Part shown: positions 57,275-64,000 of the stretch, one piece after another
Layout of the letters: the number at the start of each line of letters is the position of its first letter
How positions within the stretch are numbered: position 1 is the first letter of the stretch
Assembly (NCBI GenBank): GCA_964394715.1
Contig: CAYMYR010000002.1
Coordinates: 21,867-85,866 of the forward strand
Length of the DNA stretch: 64,000 nucleotides
DNA from: an uncultured Smithella sp.
GTDB taxonomy: Bacteria; Desulfobacterota; Syntrophia; Syntrophales; Smithellaceae
Direction of reading: 5' to 3'
Program-made: the position numbers and the translations under genes
Notes under the pieces: model-generated
Seen by the model: the letters and a program-made list of their open reading frames with translations, nothing else
What the model was told of the DNA's origin: nothing
Database searches by the model: none

Positions 57275-59233
57275 CTAAACGGATTTCATGGGTGTTTCTA
57301 TTTCCATTCGGCAGGAAAGATCGGTCCAGACTGCATAGGCTTCAACAAGTTCTTTTTCAACAGTTTTGAATTCAATCGTAAGTTCTTTGATTTTTACAGA
57401 ATCCCTGTGGGTCTGCGGATCGCACAGGGATTTTTCAATGCTTGTCTTTTTGGCTTCCAGCTGAGCAATTTTATCTTCAATCGCCGCCAGTTCTTTTTTG
57501 AGGTTGTTTTTGATTTTTGACAGCCGGTTGCGTTCCTCCGCCTCCATTCGTTTTTTATCTTTCAGGGAGATGGTTTTGTCCATGGCACGCTCTGACCGGG
57601 GATCTTTCTGCTCACTCTCCGGAGTCATCTGAGAACGCTTTTCAATGAAGTAGGAATAATTGCCGTGATAATCAAAAATCCGATTGTCCCTGAGTTCGAA
57701 GACCTTATTGACCAGGTGATCCAGAAAGTAGCGGTCATGGGAAACAATGGCCACTGTACCGGAATAATGGATCAGCGCGTTTTGGAAAATATCTTTGGTC
57801 TTGATGTCGAGGTGGTTGGTGGGTTCGTCCAGAATCAGAAAGTTGGTGTCGAGGAGCATGATTTTTAAAAGCGCCAGCCGTGATTTTTCACCACCCGACA
57901 GGATGCCGACCGATTTAAAAATGTCGTCTCCTGAGAAAAGAAATGCTCCCAGTAGATTACGCCTGGTCTGATCATCTGCGGATGAGGGTACGGAGTTGAC
58001 TTCTTGCCATATCGTGTTTGCATAGTTGAGGTTTTGCGAACTTTCCTGTGAGAAAAAAGCCATGTTAACATGATCGCCGTATTGCACAATGCCTTGCCTG
58101 GGCTGTTCGGTAAGGCTCAAAAGCCTGGACAGCGTGGATTTTCCGGAACCGTTCACGCCGACAAAAGCGACTTTGTCCCCGCGGAAAAGTGAAAAATTCA
58201 AGCCGGAAAAAACCATCAGATCACCATACGAATGACCCAGATTGGAAACTTTAACCACTTCCCTGACGCTTTTTTTGCCTTCCGGAAATCTCATCGTGAC
58301 ACTTTTAGAGCTTCCTTCAAGCTTTATTTCTTTAAATTTATCAAGCATCTTGATGCGGCTTTGCACCTGGGAGGCTTTCGTTGCCTTGTAGCGGAAACGC
58401 TCCACAAATTCTTCAATTTTTTTAATCTGCGCTTTTTGCAGCTCCATTTCTTTTTTCAGCGCTTCTATCCGTCGTTCTTTTTCCGCGAGGTAATAGGTAT
58501 AGTTGCCCTTGTAAATGTGAATTCGGTGATTGGCCAGCTCGGCGATTTGCGTGGCGATCTTGTCCAGAAAAAAATGATCGTGGGATACGACCAGGATCGT
58601 TCCGGGATAATCTTTGAGATAGCTTTCCAGCCACTCCATGCTTTCTGTGTCCAGGTGGTTGGTGGGTTCATCCAGCAGCATGATGTCGGGGCGGGCAAGC
58701 AAAATGGAGGTCAACAGAATTCGCATTTTCCATCCGCCGGAAAATGAATCGCAGGTTTTATTAAAATCGTTTTCGCGAAAACCAAATCCTTTCAGAATCT
58801 GCCTGGCCCGAACATCAAAGACATAACCGTCGCGGGCGGTAAATTCGGCTGTAGCGTCCCCGTAGCGGCGGGTGAGTTCACTATAGGCGTGCGTGTTGTG
58901 TTTGGTCTGTGAAATTTGCACTTCAAGGAAGCGGATATCATCTTCGAGTTGGGCAATGCCGCTTTTTCCGCGAAGATATTCAATCAGACCCGTTGCTTCC
59001 AGTTCGACCAGGTCCTGCGGAAGATAGCCGATCTTTTTCTGCTTCCGGTCTGGAATGTCGATAAATCCTGAATCGAGATGGACCTGTTCAAGGATAGCGC
59101 GAAAGAGCGTGGTTTTCCCCGTGCCGTTGTCTCCCACCAGACCGATGCGGCTTTTCGGATGAATCGTCCAGTTGATTTGATCAAATAGCTGCCTGTCCAA
59201 AAAAGACAGGCTTACGCTGCGAAAGTATATCAC
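57275..59233 (-). CDS. ABC-F family ATPase (Uup/YheS-like, tandem ABC domains plus a C-terminal coiled coil)
   Basis: Two Walker A motifs (GDNGTGKTT, GVNGSGKST), two signatures (FSGGWKMR, LSGGEKSR), and two Walker B motifs (LLDEPTNHLD, ILDEPTNHLD). CAGGAG lies 6 nt before the GTG at 59233; the ORF is open to a TTG at 59290. Confidence 0.9.
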   Translation of the reverse strand: MIYFRSVSLSFLDRQLFDQINWTIHPKSRIGLVGDNGTGKTTLFRAILEQVHLDSGFIDIPDRKQKKIGYLPQDLVELEATGLIEYLRGKSGIAQLEDDIRFLEVQISQTKHNTHAYSELTRRYGDATAEFTARDGYVFDVRARQILKGFGFRENDFNKTCDSFSGGWKMRILLTSILLARPDIMLLDEPTNHLDTESMEWLESYLKDYPGTILVVSHDHFFLDKIATQIAELANHRIHIYKGNYTYYLAEKERRIEALKKEMELQKAQIKKIEEFVERFRYKATKASQVQSRIKMLDKFKEIKLEGSSKSVTMRFPEGKKSVREVVKVSNLGHSYGDLMVFSGLNFSLFRGDKVAFVGVNGSGKSTLSRLLSLTEQPRQGIVQYGDHVNMAFFSQESSQNLNYANTIWQEVNSVPSSADDQTRRNLLGAFLFSGDDIFKSVGILSGGEKSRLALLKIMLLDTNFLILDEPTNHLDIKTKDIFQNALIHYSGTVAIVSHDRYFLDHLVNKVFELRDNRIFDYHGNYSYFIEKRSQMTPESEQKDPRSERAMDKTISLKDKKRMEAEERNRLSKIKNNLKKELAAIEDKIAQLEAKKTSIEKSLCDPQTHRDSVKIKELTIEFKTVEKELVEAYAVWTDLSCRMEIETPMKSV

Positions 59234-59465
59234 GGGCTGCTCCTGTTTAGAAACCTGCGGGACTATAGGAAAATTGAATATCGATGTCAATATGGATTAA
59301 TGAACGCGGGAACAGGTGGATAGTTGTCACGAAAGGGTCATTTGGATATGAAAAAATCCCTGGCGGCGAATTTATCAGACTTTTCGTTTGCATCCGCGGA
59401 TAATTCAGGTTAAGTTACCGTAAATATACACAGGATAACAGGGTTCTCTCCCATCAGGTGATTTG

Positions 59466-61259
59466 ATGGTTTTCCATAAAATAAAACAAATCATCCGCTG
59501 GATGCGAAGTTTCTTTCTGGAAAATATCACGCGCTGGCTGGTGTTTGGCCTTTTGGTCGGTATTGTGTCGGGACTGGGGGCTTCAGCTTTCTATTATCTG
59601 CTGCAGGCGGGCCGTCATCTTTGCTTTCATCTGCTGGCGGGTTATGCCGTTCCGGCACCTGCGGGTGAACAGATCTTCGAATCTGCAGGCGTGATGCAAT
59701 TCCGTCCGCTGGTCTTTTTCCTGCTGCCAGCGATAGGAGGTTTGATCAGCGGTTTGCTCGTCTATCGTTTTGCGCCGGAAACGGAAGGCCATGGCACAGA
59801 TGCCATGATTGACGCGTTTCACAATAAAAAAGGACGCATCCGGACACGTGTGCCCTTCATCAAGGGACTGGCGTCCATTATCACGCTGTCCAGCGGCGGA
59901 AGCGCGGGAAGGGAAGGCCCGATCGCCCAGATCGGCGCCGGTATCGGTTCGGCCATCGGGCGGCTGTTAAGATTGAGCAACCGCGAGCGCCGTATTCTTC
60001 TTCTCGCGGGGTGCGGAGGTGGTCTTGCAGCGATTTTCCGCGCTCCTTTGGGCGGGGCGCTCACGGCCATTGAAATCCTTTACAAGGAAGACATGGAAAC
60101 AGAAGCCCTTGTGCCCACGGTGGTCAGTTCCATTACTGCCTATATCATTTTTACATATTTCTTCGGCAACACGCCGATTTTCTTTTTCCCGGAGTATACA
60201 TTTTCCAACCCCCGCGAGCTGATCTTTTATGTGCTTCTGGGACTGATCTGTGTGCCGGCCGGGATTTTTTTCATCAAGGTATTTTATGGCGTGAGGGAGC
60301 GCATTTTCCAGCCCCTGAAGATCCCCCGCTACGTTAAACCGGCGCTGGGCGGTCTGATTGTGGGATGCATCGGTCTTGTCTTTCCTCAGGTTTACGGTGA
60401 CGGCTGGGGCTGGATCCAGCTGGCTATTCTGGGAAAGCTTAGTATCGGAATCATGATTGCGATTGCGTTTGCCAAAATCATTGCCACCAGTTTTACGATA
60501 TCGTCCGGTGGCTCCGGCGGTGTTTTCGGTCCTACACTGTTTATCGGAGGGATGATCGGCGGTACCGTTGGATATTCTGCTCATTATTTTTATCCGAATA
60601 TCGTGGCGCAGCCGGAGGCCTTTGTGGTTGTAGGCATGGCATCTTTCTTTGCGGGGGTGGCCAGTGCGCCCATCGGAACACTGTTAATGTGTTCGGAGAT
60701 GACCCGGGGATACGGCCTCATCGCACCCTTGATGCTGGTGTCCATCATTGCCATTCTTTTTACACGGCAGCACTCCATCTATACAAAGCAGGTTCAGAGC
60801 AAGCATGAGTCACCCGCACACATGGCGGAATTCACCGTGAACCTTTTTGCCGAAACCCAGGTAAAAGATTTTTACAAGCCGGAGAAGGTCACGCCTGTCC
60901 GTGAAACCACCACTTACGGGCAGTTGAAGAAAATCTTCGCGACATCCAATGTTGAATGTTTTCCCGTATACAATGAAGATGACGTGCTGATCGGAGCGAT
61001 CAACTGGGATCACGCCCGGTCAATTGTATTTGAAGAGGGGCTGGAAGATTTGGTCATTGCGCAGGACCTGATGGCGCCACCGCTAACCGTGACGCCGGAA
61101 GACAATTTTTATGACGCGTTTATGAAATTCATGGAAACCAATGTCGAGGAGCTTCTGGTGGTGAGTTCCGAAGATTCCAGCCGGGTACTGGGAGTGTTGA
61201 GACACGATGATCTCATTGCCGCATATCACGCGGAGCTGAAACGGCGGAAGAGCGAGTAG
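59466..61259 (+). CDS. ClC-type chloride channel/antiporter with a C-terminal CBS pair
   Basis: GSGGSAGREGP selectivity motif, GGSGGVFGP, and a C-terminal CBS-like region. Confidence 0.9.
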   Translation: MVFHKIKQIIRWMRSFFLENITRWLVFGLLVGIVSGLGASAFYYLLQAGRHLCFHLLAGYAVPAPAGEQIFESAGVMQFRPLVFFLLPAIGGLISGLLVYRFAPETEGHGTDAMIDAFHNKKGRIRTRVPFIKGLASIITLSSGGSAGREGPIAQIGAGIGSAIGRLLRLSNRERRILLLAGCGGGLAAIFRAPLGGALTAIEILYKEDMETEALVPTVVSSITAYIIFTYFFGNTPIFFFPEYTFSNPRELIFYVLLGLICVPAGIFFIKVFYGVRERIFQPLKIPRYVKPALGGLIVGCIGLVFPQVYGDGWGWIQLAILGKLSIGIMIAIAFAKIIATSFTISSGGSGGVFGPTLFIGGMIGGTVGYSAHYFYPNIVAQPEAFVVVGMASFFAGVASAPIGTLLMCSEMTRGYGLIAPLMLVSIIAILFTRQHSIYTKQVQSKHESPAHMAEFTVNLFAETQVKDFYKPEKVTPVRETTTYGQLKKIFATSNVECFPVYNEDDVLIGAINWDHARSIVFEEGLEDLVIAQDLMAPPLTVTPEDNFYDAFMKFMETNVEELLVVSSEDSSRVLGVLRHDDLIAAYHAELKRRKSE

Positions 61260-61347
61260 GAAAAATCCATAGCCGTTTTACATCCTGCGGACCGGGGTGG
61301 CGTGAATCGCCCGGAGTGAAGGAGCTGTGTTTGTGAATCAGGCAAAC

Positions 61348-62229
61348 CTATTTGTGGACCATGCTTGATTCGCTGCAGCAGGTTCTGCTGGTCAGAATTT
61401 TATAGTAATCCTGAAAAGCGAGCTGCCAGGGCTGCATGGTTTTGCCCGTTGTTTCAATAAACTTTTGCATGCCGAGAACGCTGTATGCAGGACGCCTGGC
61501 CGCCCGCTGCAGGTCACCGGTCTTCATCGGCAGGATTTCTACCGTTTCCAGGTGCGCTTCTTTCAGAATTTTACAGGCAAAATCGAACCAGGTGCAGGAA
61601 CCGCGGTTGGTTACGTGAAAGACACCGCGGGCGTTTTTGTCCACCAGCAGTTCAGTTGCGGCCGCCAGATCGCGTGTGCATGTGGGGGAACCCGTCTGGT
61701 CATCCACCACGGTCAGTTTGCCTGTCGATCTGGCCCTGTCCAGAATCGCCTGTACGAAATTTTTCCCCTTCGCGCCGTAGAGCCAGGCGGTACGGATGAT
61801 GATAAAGTTGTCCGTCATCTGTCGGAGATAATTCTCGCCGGCGAGTTTGGATGCGCCGTAAACGTTGATCGGATTGCAGGGATCGTCTTCCCGGTAAGGG
61901 CGGCTGCCGTTCCCGTCAAAGACATAGTCCGTGCTGTAGTGAATGACCGTAATATTCTTGCCGAGGCAGGCTTCAGCAATATTTTTCACCGCTTCCGCAT
62001 TCACCGCGAAGCAGGTTTCCCTGTCGGTTTCACAGGCATCCACATTTGTATAGGCGGCTGCGTTGATAATGATCTGGGGTTGGTTTTCCGCCACGGCTTT
62101 GCGGCAATCAGACGCAGACGTGATGTTGATTTCTTCCAGATCCATTCCGATGACCTCGTGACGGTATTTAAACTGTGCCATCAGATCACTTCCCAGCATT
62201 CCTTTATGGCCGAGCAGCAGAACTTTCAT
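61348..62229 (-). CDS. rfbD: dTDP-4-dehydrorhamnose reductase
   Basis: MKVLLLGHKGMLGSDL, INAAAYTNVDACE, STDYVFDG, and YGASKLAGE. Confidence 0.88.
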   Translation of the reverse strand: MKVLLLGHKGMLGSDLMAQFKYRHEVIGMDLEEINITSASDCRKAVAENQPQIIINAAAYTNVDACETDRETCFAVNAEAVKNIAEACLGKNITVIHYSTDYVFDGNGSRPYREDDPCNPINVYGASKLAGENYLRQMTDNFIIIRTAWLYGAKGKNFVQAILDRARSTGKLTVVDDQTGSPTCTRDLAAATELLVDKNARGVFHVTNRGSCTWFDFACKILKEAHLETVEILPMKTGDLQRAARRPAYSVLGMQKFIETTGKTMQPWQLAFQDYYKILTSRTCCSESSMVHK

Positions 62230-62231
62230 CT

Positions 62232-62969
62232 TCAGTATTTGACCTCCTTTAAAAAAAGACCGTGAGCCGGCGCGGCGACTCCAGCCTTTTTCCGATCGCC
62301 GCCCGCGATGATTTCGGGAATATCTTCGGGCTGAAGTTTGCCCCGTCCCACATCCACCAGCGTGCCGATGATGTTGCGTACCATATGGCGCAAAAAGCCG
62401 CTGGATTCAACTGTAATTTCCAGCAGGCCCTGTTCCCCTCGATGAATGGTAATGTGGTTGAGCGTCCGGATCCGGTTTTTGATATCACATCCCGTCGCGC
62501 AAAAGCAGGAAAAATCATGTTCTCCGGTTAAATGATGCGCGGCCTCCTGCATCCTGGCCAGGTCGAGGGGAAAGCGGACAAACCAGAAATACTGCCGTCC
62601 CAGCACAGGCCGCACACGCTGATTCCGGATGCGGTACAAATAAACTTTTCCCTTTGCATCTTTGAGAGCGTTAAAATCCGGCGGCACTTCCTGCAGGTCC
62701 TGGACAACGATATCTTCCGGCAGGACACTGTTGACCCCCATAAATATTTTGTTTACCGGCAAAAGGCTGCGGCATTTGAAGCTGGCGACCTGATGGATGG
62801 CATGCACGCCCGCATCCGTGCGACCGGACGCGATGATGGATACTTGCTCGCCGGTGATTTGTGCCACGGCTTCTTCCAGGACCTGCTGAATGGAGATGCC
62901 ATTGAGCTGTCTTTGCCAGCCGCAATAGGCTGCCCCGTCATATCCGAGAATCATTTTGAAATTACGCAT
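62232..62969 (-). CDS. truA: tRNA pseudouridine(38-40) synthase
   Basis: MRNFKMILGYDGAAYCGWQRQ, catalytic GRTDAGVHA, and FLRHMVRNIIGTL. The ORF is open to 63017; the canonical start is at 62969 or 62972. Confidence 0.92.
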   Translation of the reverse strand: MRNFKMILGYDGAAYCGWQRQLNGISIQQVLEEAVAQITGEQVSIIASGRTDAGVHAIHQVASFKCRSLLPVNKIFMGVNSVLPEDIVVQDLQEVPPDFNALKDAKGKVYLYRIRNQRVRPVLGRQYFWFVRFPLDLARMQEAAHHLTGEHDFSCFCATGCDIKNRIRTLNHITIHRGEQGLLEITVESSGFLRHMVRNIIGTLVDVGRGKLQPEDIPEIIAGGDRKKAGVAAPAHGLFLKEVKY

Positions 62970-63153
62970 CATGTGTAAATCAGACTTGCCAGTTTTATCT
63001 AAAAAGGTTAAGCACACGGGCAGCAGTTTATGATTGAGCGGACCATGATTGGAGCAAAGGCCGCATACCTGAACCGGCCGCGATAGTAGCGTACACCGGG
63101 TACAGGGTCAAGACAAAAACTCGTCAAAACCCGGCATATAAAGGAGAATCTTT

Positions 63154-64000
63154 ATGAGTGATGATTTCAATCCGGCGACAACCCAGGGAAAAATCAAAAT
63201 ATTTGAAGAAAAAGTTCAGGCGCTGATGCGTATGGGCGGTGAAAAGGCGGTTCAGAAACAGCATGACGGCGGCAAGATGACCGCCCGTGAGCGGCTGAAT
63301 CATCTATTTGATGAAGGGACCTTTCAGGAAGTTCAGTTGTTTGCGAAGCATCATTCAACCCTTTTCGGCATGGATAAAAAAGAAATCCCGGCCGATGGCG
63401 TTATTACCGGTTTTGGAAAAGTCAACGGCCGCACGGTATTTGCCGCTGCGCAGGATTTTACCAGTGCCGGCGGCACACTGGGTGAAATGCACGCGAAAAA
63501 AATCTGGAAGGTCATGGACATGGCCATTGCCGCGCAAAAGCCGTTTGTTGCGATCAATGATTCAGGCGGTGCAAGAATCCAGGAAGGCGTACCCTCCCTG
63601 GAGGGTTACGGCGGGATTTTTTACCGCAACAGCATTGCTTCAGGTTATATTCCCCAGATCACGGCCATCATGGGACCGACAGCGGGCGGGGCGGTGTATT
63701 CTCCGGCGCTGACGGACTGGATCTTTATGGTGAAAAACACATCCTATATGTATATCACCGGTCCGGAAGTCATCAAAGCTGTGATCGGCGAAGAAGTTAC
63801 CCAGGAAGACCTTGGCGGAGCCATGGCGCACGCCTCCAAAAGCGGTGTCTGCCATGTGGTTACGGAAAATGACGCGGACTGTATCGACAAGATCAAAAAG
63901 CTCCTGTCTTATCTTCCCGACAGCTGCCATTCACCGCTGCCGGTCGCGACAACAATAGACAGCGCCGACCGTGTATGCCCTGAACTGGACAAAGCCATTC
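63154..64000 (+). CDS. Methylmalonyl-CoA carboxyltransferase / propionyl-CoA carboxylase beta-type subunit, N-terminal part (runs off the window end)
   Basis: Manual translation from the ATG at 63154 (AAGGAG RBS): MSDDFNPATTQGKIKIFEEKVQALMRMGGEKAVQKQHDGGKMTARERLNHLFDEGTFQEVQLFAKHHSTLFGMDKKEIPADGVITGFGKVNGRTVFAAAQDFTSAGGTLGEMHAKKIWKVMDMAIAAQKPFVAINDSGGARIQEG. This is a canonical 12S/PccB N-lobe. Confidence 0.9.
   Translation, partial: MSDDFNPATTQGKIKIFEEKVQALMRMGGEKAVQKQHDGGKMTARERLNHLFDEGTFQEVQLFAKHHSTLFGMDKKEIPADGVITGFGKVNGRTVFAAAQDFTSAGGTLGEMHAKKIWKVMDMAIAAQKPFVAINDSGGARIQEGVPSLEGYGGIFYRNSIASGYIPQITAIMGPTAGGAVYSPALTDWIFMVKNTSYMYITGPEVIKAVIGEEVTQEDLGGAMAHASKSGVCHVVTENDADCIDKIKKLLSYLPDSCHSPLPVATTIDSADRVCPELDKAI

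Noticed and set aside
59291-59465. Fluoride (crcB-motif) riboswitch upstream of the ClC gene
   Set aside because: I could not find the conserved crcB core in the leader. The channel also has a CBS pair and a GSGGSAGREGP filter, typical of ordinary ClC proteins rather than the ClC-F subclass.
61465-62265. 266-aa plus-strand ORF overlapping rfbD
   Set aside because: It is antisense to a gene with clear dTDP-4-dehydrorhamnose reductase motifs. Its own translation has no motifs and an odd composition.

Overview
The window reads as a largely housekeeping, core-genome stretch of an anaerobic Desulfobacterota/deltaproteobacterium-like chromosome. That taxonomic guess rests only on gene content and protein flavour. 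About 60 densely packed CDS are supportable:

- **Translation, ribosome and RNA modification:** proB(partial)-obg, rpmA-rplU, fmt, rsmB, rsfS, truA, cca and an ABC-F ATPase.
- **DNA maintenance:** yebC-ruvCAB and priA.
- **Queuosine:** queH and tatD-queCED.
- **Thiamine:** a TPP-riboswitch-controlled TPK-thiD-thiC operon.
- **Signalling:** DUF4390-ntrY-sigma54 activator, a six-PAS HD-GYP protein and a PilZ-like protein.
- **Biosynthesis and envelope:** lpxC, purC, hisF, rfbD and an NlpC/P60 hydrolase.
- **Chaperone and stress:** dnaJ and a dksA-type protein.
- **Fe-S and transport:** sufC-sufBD, a Na/Pi transporter, a ClC channel and an Opp-type permease pair.
- **Acyl-CoA metabolism:** a TetR-linked module and two COG4799-type carboxyltransferases.

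I see no rRNA, tRNA, CRISPR array, transposase, integrase, phage gene or recognisable defence or toxin-antitoxin gene. I therefore cannot honestly point to a clear novel system.

The best leads are modest:
1. A self-contained two-gene module of paralogous unknown ~150-aa proteins sits where def is expected in the priA-def-fmt-rsmB block.
2. A perfect 15-bp x4 tandem repeat with degenerate inverted copies lies in a divergent promoter region.
3. A 142-bp inverted-repeat-bracketed element is inserted between two ABC permease genes.
4. A 68-aa Lys/Ala-rich histone-H1-like gene has a near-consensus promoter and a strong terminator.
5. There is a 20-bp perfect palindrome operator, a terminator-defined start-codon correction in the thiamine operon, and a 55-aa ORF coupled to tatD.

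All functional calls come from by-eye motif recognition. No searches were run.
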